Part shown: positions 14,061 through 26,460 of the stretch, piece by piece
How the letters are laid out: each line of letters starts with the position of its first letter
How positions within the stretch are numbered: position 1 is the stretch's first letter
From: Phoronis australis
Taxonomy: Eukaryota > Animalia > Phoronida
DNA length: 64,000 nucleotides
Reading direction: 5' to 3'
Assembly: GCA_002633005.1 (NCBI GenBank)
Contig: NMRA01000728.1
Coordinates: 114,216 to 178,215, forward strand
Program-made: the position numbers and the translations under genes
The notes under the pieces: model-generated
The model's input: the letters and a program-made list of their open reading frames with translations, nothing else
Databases searched by the model: none
What the model was told of the DNA's origin: nothing

Positions 14061-14480
14061 CAGTAGAACTGCAAGCGGTACTTGAATTCATTGCTATTTC
14101 TTGGACCTTCCAGTGTTCTGGTTTGATCCATAGGTTTTGAGAAGTTTCTTCATTTACTTAGGACAATGCATAAAAATACTGAGATTCTGAGTGTATTGTT
14201 AAAATAGGTATTTCGGGTCTTCAGTTGTCTCACTGGTTCAGCTTTATGGTTCCTGCTGTTCATGTTACCAAAGAAAGCTCGCCATTGCTATGAACTGCGT
14301 GTCAGTTTGAGTCATATCCCTCAAATTGTTTGTTCAATGTAACTGGTCTTGGAAAGTAGTTCCGTCCATCCAGTCAGTGGTGGTTTTCAGTATGGGTCTG
14401 ATGTGTCTGTCAGCAACTAGCCTGGTGTTTATTGTAGTTAGATATTGTTTATGATAAGGGCTTGAAAATTGTGAGACCAG

Positions 14481-14881
14481 GGCCTGGTCTCTAATCTTTG
14501 TACTCGAAACAAACTCGAAACTATTTTTGGCAATTTCTCTGCTCTTTTTGTGCGAACTTAAGACAATTGGTTATCAGACTGTGCTCGAATACATTATAGT
14601 TTATGCATAGGAGTTTCTAGTTCAAGTTTGCCCTTGAAGACCCTTATATTCGTGCTACAAACTCGAGTAAAAACTCGAAACTTCGAGTTCAAACTCGAAA
14701 TTATTGCTTCAATATTGGGTTTACAAACTGTGAACTAAGGGCAATAAATTATCTACGTAAGTTATTATGTACTCGAGCATAGAATAATAGACACATATCT
14801 TGAGTTCGCCCAAAAGTAGAGTAGAAAATGCCAAACCTAATTTCGAGTTCCATTTCGAGTAAAAAGATGTGAGACCGGGCC
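14481..14881. mobile_element. About 400-bp MITE, PIF/Harbinger-like, copy 2
   Basis: TIRs ggcctggtctc / gagaccgggcc, with a CAG TSD on both sides. Confidence 0.85.
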
Positions 14882-16350
14882 CAGGCCAACTTTCGTCATG
14901 ATACTACGAACTATTTTACTTGAGTAATGATATTTGCATGTCTGTAGCACACCCTTGTGAAAGAGCACATTGCTCTATACGTGGGGATATTTTGATATAT
15001 TTTAGTATCGACGCTCGTCATTTTAGTTTTACTAGTTTTACTGTTTTATATTTGCATGGGTTAAATGGTTTAGCAAACGTCACTAGTGTCATTCTTGTAA
15101 AAGAATACTATTGAGTAGGGCAAGAAACAAAATGATGGCAGAATTTTCTAAAGTTCGTGACAGTTGCTAAGCTGTCGACGATTGTGGACATTGGACCAAC
15201 AGATTTATTGTATCAATTCCAAATGGTGACTTAATTGTCGGATAATTCTCGGTTGGTCCGGCCACATCATCAAAAGGTTGATGGAAGCCGAATCATGAAA
15301 CGATTACTACCAAACAACAAGATAACCGAGGTAAGATAATATACTTATGCTGTTTTTCAATATTATGCATAAAACTTTTGTTGGTAAAATCTAGTTTTCA
15401 GTGCCTTTTAAATTCATCCGCTGAGCTTAAGAAGCGCAAAAAACGAGTTTTCTACAAAAATAATTTTGAAAAACGTCATTTTGGTAAAACAACGGGTTTT
15501 AGAGTGAGAATGCCATAGTAATCCAGAAGGCTGATTATTTTTTTCCACGAAGTCGCACTCTTTTAATCTGCTTTGCATTAACTGGGAGTACTTTTTGATT
15601 GTTAGTGGTTTTCAGGACATTATTGATAACAATTTATATAGAGAATGTATGATACATTATTAACCCAAATAAGCCAATGCGGTGTTTGTTTATTCATTAT
15701 TTATATTTTTTCGTTTGAAAGTGTAAATTTAATACTCGTTCGATAAATAGAATCAAAGTAAAATATTTTTTGTTACGAACAAGGATAAAAAGCAAAGTAC
15801 CCCCTCATCAGGCTTGCTGTTGACTTCAGGTAATTCAAGTCGTGGAAAACATTATAACGCATGATCCCAAAATGTGACTGAAGCTAAGCAAGGTGACCTT
15901 ACAGCTTAATGCGCTAATGTCACAATTTTATTAATTGATCTTTTTCATAGTTGAATGTAACGTCTTTCATAAGGTAACTATAAAAATTCAAGTGCCATCT
16001 CAAAAATGATAGAAAAATCTACTTATTTGCGTTTTCTTGGTCTCAGAATTTGTTAGGTTATATGTTCAGTCAGAAGACATCACCAAAATACCCCCAAAAC
16101 ACTGAAAATAACTATATATGTACTCCCAGTACCCAGTGCTCTTCAATTAAGTATTATTAACATTTACAATTGCAATCACTAATTGGTAATTCGTTTTATG
16201 TTATGTCAGTGTTTGTTTCATTAGATTTTGACACCCAGGATACTTAATACGTTTTTGGTATTTAATGGATTGAACTAAGACAAAAAAGCGTTCCAAATAT
16301 GCCAAGCTGTGAACAATAGTTTTCCTACATGAAATACTTCTATCTGACGC

Positions 16351-16593
16351 CAGAAGCTGATCTACAGAAGGGGGGTTCAGGGGATTCAACTCCCCCCCAC
16401 TCGGGACAGGATCAAAAATAAAATTTGAAAAATGTAGCCAGAAAAAAGAAATCAGATCCTAAAAACCACAAAAACTCTTTCACGGGAGGAAGAAACACCT
16501 CCCAACCTTCCCTCCGATCGTTGCGACCCCCTCGGATTTGCTCGAAACCTAACCCTCCCCCGTCTCCTTTCTGAAAACGTAGATATGCCACTG
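16351..16593 (-). mobile_element. About 240-bp MITE, same family as 13819-14060
   Basis: Absent from the paralogous site near 12045 (ctgaggcagaagg). Flanked by gacgc / gaggc, a likely 5-bp TSD with one mismatch. Confidence 0.78.
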
Positions 16594-19175
16594 GAGGCAT
16601 AAGGCTCGTCACACACAGAAGAGGATCAGACGTACTCATTAATATTGTGCTTCTATAATCGCAAAAACTAACCCGAAATGAGGTACACTCACTCAATGAT
16701 AATGGGAAAAGGTAGCAAAACCCGAAAGAATTTGTCATCTCTCACTAAGTCCAGATCAACTATAAAATCGTACTTGTGTTTGATTCTCACAGCAGCATTT
16801 TAGCAAGTTAAAGTATATACCTTTACCATGGACTTATAAGTGGCAATCCCAGGCAGTGCGTCGGCAAAAGTTGAACTTTCTATCAATAAAAAACAATTTG
16901 GTTGCGGTAAAAACCCATTTAAAACGGACTAAACAGAAAGGAAAGATTAAAATTCCACAATACAACGCTTTACCGATGTTTGCATAGATCTGAGAACAAG
17001 AAAGCTATTTAATAAGCTATAGATATCATTTCAAAATCGTGTTTAAGAAAAAGAAGAACACCCTAGTCTATAAGAAAGATGAACAAATCATATTATCCAC
17101 TCATAAAAATAAGCCCCTTAAGCCGGAGGTATTGTGAATAGGCCAGAATATTCTCATTTACATCTAACTTGCGCAGTACAGCAATATCCATGTAATGTTG
17201 TTACAATTTTTAATTTGTTTGAGTTTTGGTCCATTGATCTTCGTGTCATCACTGTAAAATCACTCGGCCATCTGTTGATGCCAGGGATGACGTTATTTTC
17301 AAGTTACTAAGTTGCTTCTTTATTGAATGCTGTCACGAAATCCATGTTCATTTTAAATTCACTTTTAAGGTAGCACATACCATAGTGCCATTTAGCTAAC
17401 AGATTTCAGACGGTAATTATCTTTGTGTTTTCTTGCTTTATTTCATATGAGTAATTTCTATGTTGCTTCAAGTATCCATACGATGTTTTGCTTATTTCTG
17501 TAATAAACATGCTGTCCTACTGCTCATTTATAGAAGCATTGCCAGAGGCAAGATGATCATTTAACACCTGTGGCAGGAAAAGAGCTAGTTGACTTCGCAC
17601 GAGTGATTTCGGATCGGTAAAATATAGCAGGAAAAAATAACGAGGGTTACGGAACATAGGAGCTTACAATCTCCAGCTGTGGTGATTAGTATTGTACTGT
17701 CCCCAGCCTATATTTCTCACTATGTACTGCCTTTCGGGCCCAAATCACACTTTAATTAAAATTTAATATGAGCAGAATTCGACAGCTTAATGCATGCACT
17801 TCACGAAGGCGAACACATTTCCTTTATATGAGCGATACTATGAGGGACATTTTGTTTTATAGTGTCTTAAGCATTTACACGTTAGGAAAAAATTAACGTT
17901 GTTAACTTCTTATACATATAACTGCTACAAATTCATTCACTGAATGAATGTGCGTATTTAATAAACCAAGTGAAAATTTATAAATAATTACAATATTCAT
18001 GTGGCCTGCTGAACATCCATTAATTGTGCTACAACTCATATCTGTGTATACGCCAGTTTATAAGTGTTTGTATGTGGTTCCTATTCTACGTCACCTTGTT
18101 ATGTTCATTTCTACACCAGTATACTTCTAAATTCAAGATTATTGTTCTTCTGGATCCATTTTGTTTTAATTATTGTATGCAGGTCGGCTGGATGTTCAAG
18201 TTTGACAATGTATTCAGTTCCAGCAACTTTGATTCTAATTGTCTCTCATTAGATGTTTTGCAGTCTTTCTTGAATAAACAGGCTGTGATGAAGACATTGG
18301 AGTTGTTTATTTACATAAGTAATACCTTATACGAGCAACTCCTTGAACTTGGAATGAAGCAAAGATAGAAACAAAATATTTCTAATCTGAATGAAAATCA
18401 AGATAAGACTGCAGTTTCAGTAGTCTTCGTCAAAAACAGTTTTTGACAGAGGGCAAGGTTTTATAGCCCCTTTTAAGTGGGTTTTTTTTATTGACGGGTG
18501 ATTACTTCTTTTTCTAAATTATGGGCAGCAGTGTAATCATTCTGATACTCAAACATCCGACAGTCTTAAGTGAGAATGGGACAAAGTTTAATCACTAAAC
18601 TACGAGTTTTCCCAGACTGTTCATAAATACCTGCGCCATAGCACCACATTGTTTTGTTTTCCCCATAAACAATAGTTGTTGACAAATCACTCAAAACAAC
18701 CTTTCCATTAAACGCAAACTTGTTGGCGTGTGCACGTTGTGACAATTTTGGAGCGTCTTGCAATGTTGGCAACAAAAAGTCACGGTGACATTAAAATCGT
18801 GCTTATTTTGTTTTTACCATTTGAATCCCAACGAAACAGAAAACTTTCATTGAAATAGGTGCATAAAATTTGTCTGATGCATAGTAAGTTCGGCGAACAC
18901 AAAAACATAACCTGCATGTATGTGCCTGAGAAACATAGTCCAAAAGTATGACTTTCTGGATGATTGTGGCGTTTTTTTTTGGACAAATAGACCTTTCGAC
19001 ATAGTCTTGGAGAATAATGTAATAAAGCGTAAAGCCCTTCCAGTCAAGCAGAACCAATTTGAGCGGCAATAGTCTCTCTCCCCGAACACAAGCAGCCTGT
19101 GATCACTTTTAGTTGTTGTGAGTGCGATCAAGGTAGCGACAGCAACTCGATTGCCCCTAAACAATGAACCCCTTC

Positions 19176-19254
19176 ACACACACACGCACGCACGCGCGCG
19201 CACACACACACACATACACACACACAAACAAACAAACAAACAAACACAAACACA
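19176..19254. repeat. Compound (CA)n/(CAAA)n microsatellite
   Basis: Read directly; similar CA-rich tracts at about 8078-8181 and 8656-8705. Confidence 0.85.
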
Positions 19255-20268
19255 ATATTTGTCTGGGTACCTTGATCAGTCCGAGAACGTTTTCATGAAC
19301 CGGCCACCATAGCCTAAAACAAAACGTGTCGCCTGCGCAGCTAAAATTTTTATATTTCGAGTAGCAAGTAAGAAACTGTAAGCAAAATCGTGTTGCGCAG
19401 TGCCAGTTAAGTAGTTTTGATCATTTTGACGGAGCCTCAAAATATAACTAGGACCTGATCAGGAAAAAATTAGAAAAAACGAACGGTATAAAAGATCTTT
19501 TTTAAATTTCATATCAACTTCTATTTGCACACACAATTGTGTCGTTGTCAATTCGTTACTGCGGTGTCAGGACTGTCATGTAAATGCGACTTTAGCCACC
19601 AGTTATCAAATTGACTGTTATCTGTTCCTTTTACTCCGATCGGGACGCTATTTATGTCTAAAAAATTCAAAAGCAATGAATGAAAATGTCATTTATTTGT
19701 GTCACGTACAGAGATAACTTCAGATGATTAATTTTACGACAACGAATCTAGCCTCAGATACAAGGAATGACCTCCAACCGGCACATAGTACACCAAAACT
19801 CGTAAAATTAGGAACATGGCCTCGTGATGCTAAATGAAAACCCTAGGACGTTTTACGCTTGTCGGCCTTCAAGTACATGTAGACGCCCAAACCTGTCTAA
19901 AAGCTATATGGTTGAACGTTTATTTGAACAATTTAATTGTGGTAATGGTAAAATTCCTTCATAATGGACTCTATAATGTAGTGCTCACACAAGAAACGGC
20001 AGGTCAATATTCGCGTACATGCACGTCCTATTGGCACTCATGCTCAAATGTTCGAAAGGCTGAGTATCGGCACAAATATTGTTTGTCAGAAATATTTTTT
20101 TTTACAAATATTGCTTTGACTGCTTTTAAGATGCCAAATCAAACATTGATGGCTTTTCGATAAACTCCCAGCTTGTATCAGAGCCATTATCTACACTAAT
20201 TTTTGTTTCCCTGTGTCCTACGACGCTGAGTTGTTCCTCTGCGACTACTTTTGTCTGCTCTGTCAAGG

Positions 20269-23200
20269 TCACGCTTCAACTCTCTTGAACACAAAGGTTC
20301 CAGGCTGGTCCTTACAGGTGAATGTCTACAAAACACGATAAAGATTCGATCAAGTTTGAAAATATTTGTATCAAAACACTGTTCCTTATCAACTGAAGGC
20401 TTAATCCTGCAACTACCCTCGGATCTCCATGATAGTTCCTAAACTTACAGCGAAGTTTTTAAAAGTTTAAAGGCCGGTGACAAGTTATAGACACGCATAG
20501 AAAGTCGTGTGGTTTGTTCCGAAATCCACAAAGTACGTTTACATCTCGAGAGCTTTCGAGAGGTGAAAATGTAGTAGGTAATTTGAGAAGGCAATGCCCA
20601 GTTCTTACTGGGTTTTTACAATTCACCCAATTCGCCCCTTTCACTTCCACCGAAAAACATAGCAAGGCCCCGAAAAAAGGTATCAAAAATCGCAAAATTG
20701 GAAGTTTCAGCTCCAGTCCATCACTTCCCGGTTACTAGTGATAGACATAAACCAACACTTAGCTTAGACAGTGAATTTCCTACACATTCCAAAAATATGG
20801 TTCAAAAGTGCGGCCATTTGTTGAAATTTTGGGTTGCCTGGGAGCTACCTAAATTCGCTGCCACTCAGCACTATAGGAACGCTACAAGAGGTTATTTAAA
20901 GTAAAGTGTACCTACAGGCGAACTAGTGAAGTTTTCTCACTCCCCGCATGTTCACTAATACAAGCAAACCAGATTCACTGAACTTACTAGTCATGCCTAC
21001 GTCAAATATTTTATTTCTACGCACTGCAAATTACCACGGCTACAGGGTACCACCTGGCGGCTGATTTCCAACAATGTACATTTAGAGACCTCTATTGGGT
21101 ATCCAAGAACCATTCTTTGGCGTGATACTCGGACTAGACTCAGGCTCAGACTAAAAGCTTAATCAATCACGCAGCATAATTCGAGTATAAATTTTGTAAG
21201 CTTACTCGATGTGTGCCATCGAGGTGACCAAATTTCAAGTCGAGTTTCTAGCTCATAGATTAACCCTGGGCCTTGGAGCACGTTTCATGAAAAAGTGACT
21301 TTAGATTTAAGATAGGAACTTAGTCTTACACTACCTTTTCATTATTGATGAATAAATGTAATTATTCCCGTAACTACAGGCTAGGTCTAATGAGACTGTG
21401 CATTTCCCTTACGTAAGGATTAATTAATTTTCAGAAATATTTGTATGGAGCGTAAAGACCAAATTTCCGACTTGAGTCTTGAGTCACTTTTGAAACATAG
21501 TCCCCTGGTGAGCGATGTGACACACACCATTAGCACGCACTTTTGACGTCATTCAATATTTATTTATCAGTCAGAAGAAATGTTTCCATAGCAAATTTCT
21601 GAGAGCAAACCTCACGGCGTACATTCAGAAACTACATTTTTTTACTGTTGAATTGCCCCCAACGCCTTTTATCAACACTTATTTCATCAACAGCTGGTGA
21701 GCCAAACAGTTTTAAATGTAGTCTGTTTCGCAAGAAGCACACACGCATTTACTGTTCGTGAGAACATTCTCAAACCATGAATAAAAACTGGCTTTGCCTC
21801 TAAAATTAGGCTTACGTGTTGACTCACAGGACAACATAATTTTTTTTCCGAATTTTAATACATACATGGACGTATAGTTATGAAGTTTTGTTTGCAGAAA
21901 TTCCCAGTATATACCCAACTCACATGTGTCAAAGTATCGCCATTGACCACCTTGGTAATTTCTAGAATCATTTGCCCATAATCGAACACCTCTTTCCAGG
22001 TATAGTCGTTTATCTTCGTGACTTGAACTTTGACCTAAAAAGGCAAATTGTATCAAAATTCAAACATTAAAAGGGTTAAAATCAGCCCTCCGTTGTGTAC
22101 ACGGACTACAGTTCACATGCGTGATAGGCGGAGTAAAACGGCCACAATGGCGGTTCCGTGAAGAATCATTCCTTGATTATAACATTTTGCATTTATTTCA
22201 TATATTTTTTCTAATTCATCTTTTGGCTGCAATGTCGTTGGTACAACAAGGGAAATTCGAAAATTGAACATTTAATTTTAAATGGTCTTCATTTCGAACA
22301 AAAAATGTAATATGTGGAAAGGACGTCGAGATTCGTCAAAACTGGTGTGTACCACGTTTTCTTTTATGCAATAGTTAAAGATGCTATTCCCACTTCATTT
22401 CAGTCAAAAGTTTCATCAAATGGATTTTAAAGCAAGCTCGTGCAGCAGAAACTTGAGCCCAAATATCCCTCATTCGACACAACTACAAATGTTTTCAAAC
22501 TTAACCGAATTTAACATGAATGTTTACTTTAATTTTTTGTTGGTGCACCTCCACCTAAAGTGGCCGCCGCAGAGAGTGATAGCTGACTCGTGCCGTGGCT
22601 ACCCACTCCCTTCCGTCATCTTTATGAGGCTCCCCTGGAAATCCTGTCCACGTTTTAAAAGAAACTTTGAAAAACTAATAGCAAAATAAGAAAAACACAA
22701 ACAGGGCTGAAAGTTACGAAATATTTGTATTTTAGTGATATCTTTCAACTGACGAAACACCTCATGTGTTCTAAATTGGTAATTGTAAAGGAAAGGGTAA
22801 GTTTATCTTAGTGAAACCGAATATGCATCTTATGACCTCGCTTTATCAAAATGTATATCCCACGAGTTTCTAGTCGCAAAAAGATCAATTGAAGCTAAAT
22901 CGCATTTATGTCAACAGCAATGTTTCCAAAATGCAGCGTTTCCTTCACAATAGCGAGCTTACGACAGTCTTAGCTGCAACCTGACATAACTTTTGATTAA
23001 ACGGATCCTACGCCAACGTGGACAACACTGCCATGTTTGGATTTTTTAATCTTTTAAAACAGTTACCTCCGCCTCAGTGCCATCTGGGTACTTGAATTTG
23101 GACGTGGTTTCACTTTTTTCCTCTGTCAAGTTCAACTCCAGTTCAGACGTGTTCAAGATGTCGACCGTCCTGACTTTGTACTTATCGTCTGCAACTTTCG

Positions 23201-23471
23201 TGTACGTCACTTCAGGCTTAGCTGCCTTGATTTCTTGCCATTTTTCAAGAGGGAAAGCTGGGAACCAAGGAAATTACTTTTGTATAAAATAAAAACATAT
23301 TGAAATCGCGCAAGATGGTTTGAACTAAACAATTAATATTTATTGCCAGTATTGCAGTGATATTTTGCCTAGTGCTATCACACGAAACTCATACTTACAC
23401 AAACTTTCAGCAATCGCTTCGTCGTTCGTTGATGATTCGAATCTCCACGTTCCAGCAAAGACAGCAGCCAT
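20269..23471 (-). CDS. Fatty acid-binding protein / iLBP, copy B (4 exons, 143 aa, ORF intact)
   Basis: Exons 23471-23399, 23257-23067, 22034-21924, 20325-20269, with the same sizes and splice sites as copy A. By eye: 4 amino-acid changes (T>A in exon 2; VLDYGKII>VFDYGQMI in exon 3) and 5 synonymous changes. The TATA box is absent. Confidence 0.88.
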
Positions 23472-26460
23472 GATTTTAATGTAGTGCAACTTGAACACGC
23501 AAATTTCAGAAGACGGGCAGGTGACAACAGATGCTCCGACCCGTATTGCAATCTGGCCCGTATTGGAATGACGTCATCATTTCAATATGGGAATTAGTTT
23601 CTGGCCCGTATTGGAATGAGCGGTCTTTGTCGTTTCGTTGCTATTGGTGCGTTGAAGTGTGCAGGATTTCTTGTGTTAAATTCGTAAGATATAAAGTATT
23701 TTTAACCAGAATTGTGTTAGGTTTAATCAGGGATTTTTTCCTACAGATTTTTATTCTGTTTCTTAGTGTTATTAGACACGTGTGTTGCTCTGTTACAGAC
23801 TTAATTTTCTCGACATGTGTATCAGCTTATCAGGCCCCTTCCTTACTGCTGGGTTTAACTTTTTTCTGTTTCTGACAGAAATATGCAAGAATTCCCAGGC
23901 GTCCACAGCTTCTGATCGCCCCCATTACACTATATATATAAATACTAAATAATTATATGTAGTGTATTGGGGACGATCAGAAGCTGAGGATGCCATTCAA
24001 GAATCCTGTGCTGATACTGCTGAAGACGGATTCTAAAAGGACAGTTAAAAACAGTATGATTATTTAACTTACATCCAAGTAAATGAACCCTGACGTTGAT
24101 GAATTTGTTTTGCTGTTCACAGATTGAAATTGGGTTATGCTTATTGAAAAATGAATAAACTACCATTGCCATTCAGTTGACTGACAATTACCTTACCCCC
24201 ATTGCGACATCCTAGATCTGACTGTGAGGCATTATTCGCTGAATAGCATCTGGCATATGAAGCCCTTAGAGGAGCCTCATCTCTACGGCCAATCAAGTCG
24301 CTGTGGTAGAAATTCCTGTGAAGTTGTCAACTGATGTCAAAGAGTTTTTTACCAATACGACTATCGCTTTGCCAGTCTTGTGACTAATTTTAAGTTCTTC
24401 ACGTGTACCTCAGTCTTGGGAGTTCTTTGATGGATTCTCTGGATCTTTGCTTTATTAGGATACGTTGGCCCCTTTTCAAACAGTTTGGATGTACTTTGCA
24501 CAACGTTGAGCCCATCTTTAATTTTGTTGGCCATCGTGTTTGTTTGAACATGTACCATTTCTTTGGTACTAATGAACACCACCATAAGCTTACCATTTGT
24601 GGCATAGTTGCACTCATGTGCATATTTCAATGCTTCACATTAGCGTGGTTAAATTTACAATGGATTAAGCCTATATGAAAACTATGTATATTCCCCCTCA
24701 CAAGAGCAACATTATACTGTGTGCGGGACTCAAGCCATTCATTTTGAATCTGAAAAAGCAAATGTTTTTTATTAAATTTTAGAATCACCTGGTTTCGTAA
24801 CGATAACAAATATTGGCAACTATTGAGAATAGCTGTATGCACTTATTCCTCTCAAATTAGTCGAACCTACTATGCCTTGTATAATTTGTTATATCTATTT
24901 TTGAGCCTTTTCAGGGTTGTTTGTAGGGTATCAGTATGATGGCAACCTGTCTGACTGGGTGCAGATTCAAACCTCAAGATCTACAATGCTGTCATAAGAG
25001 TGCGTGAGCAGTGTTTCATGCCAGCCAGGTAAAGAAGGTGAAAAAGGTTATGGTAAGGGACTTCATGGGTGCAGCCTGCATTTATTAAACGACTCTGCAG
25101 AACATGTTCCACGTGTTGCAATCCATATTTAAGACATATTGTGGAGAATAACCCGTGTTCCCTCATGCAAAGTGTGTTAAGGGGTGTTTGTGCTGGTATT
25201 GTCAGTTTGTACATATGAACAAACTTAAGTGCACTAATAATTGGCTAGTTTAGCTTTCCTCATTAAGTACCATTCTCATGTTCATGGCTTGATGGCGGAA
25301 CTCTCAATTATGATAAATTTATCGTGCGTTCAACTCCCACTACCTGTCAATATGCAGTAATCTGCCTGCCATTTTAGTCGGGATGACAATTCACACAAAG
25401 TAATGTCTTCATCATTCTGGAATTTGGATTTGAAATCTGACTGCAGTGGCAAATATTTGTTTTATATTCGCTGCGATACTCAAAAAGTATAATCTTTTAG
25501 TAACGATTGAAGTTTTGCAGGACTGCAAGGATGTCCTTTAATGCATTCACATGCTTCTATTTTAATTAAGACAGTTCCTCCTTGTAATTTCAGGAAAATA
25601 TTTGATGGAGCTATACTTGTGTCTTCTCTTCTACCACGACTGGATGAGTAAGTAGATGGATGAGTCAAGTGGTGTTTCAGGAAATACCATCATTTTGTCT
25701 CCTGCTTCAATCTTTTTAAGATCACTTTGATACCATAATGGAACTTCAGAGTATGAGTAGGAGCATTTAGATAAACGCGTTCAACTATCATATTCAGTAT
25801 GATACTGGAATTGAAAAAATGCTCTGTGTAATTCAATATAATTTGCTCTTTCTAAATATCAACCATGTTCTTATTAATCAAAGCAGTCATGTTTTTAGTA
25901 CATGCTAGATAAAGGAACCCTTGGTCAATACAGCATTTAGCTAATGTTAATAACTTGTAATTATTCCTTCATTTTACGGTTGACAGTCTAGTAATTTTGT
26001 GTGTAACCTAGGACCAATACTCCCAGGTGTAACCTAATAGTGCTACACTTTTTCTTGATGCCATGCCTTTGCCAAAACCTTTTGCTTTCGATTAACCTCT
26101 TCATCTTGTGTTGGTGCTTCTTGTGCTTATAATGTGCAGTAGCCTTATGCTACATTCGTTTTGCTTATTTCTATCTGAAGCTACAATTGTATATATTTTC
26201 AGTTTCTTTTATAATGTGCAGAAGCACTGTACTTCACCTTATTCGTGACGTGTAACTTTTCTTTTGCTTGTATTTCTTTCAAAGAATATGTTCACCTGTG
26301 GACAGTATTTAACATGGAACATTATACTAATGTTAAAAACTGTCATTGTCCTGTGCATTGTCTATTTCAAGGTTATCAAATGAATACGTGACTATCAATT
26401 GATGGTGTTATTCTACTAAATCTTGTTTCCTTATCGCATAAGCCTTTTGGGCAGTTAAAG

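Larger units (their letters stand above)
11701..18330. repeat. Older direct duplication: 11701-13806 versus 14901-18330
   Basis: Both start atactacgaactattttacttgag and stay colinear to ...accttag / accttat. The second copy has about 1 kb extra (15347-16330) and a MITE. Confidence 0.85.

Noticed and set aside
15347-16330. Solo LTR or discrete transposon
   Set aside because: No convincing TIR or TSD; it could equally be a deletion in the other copy.
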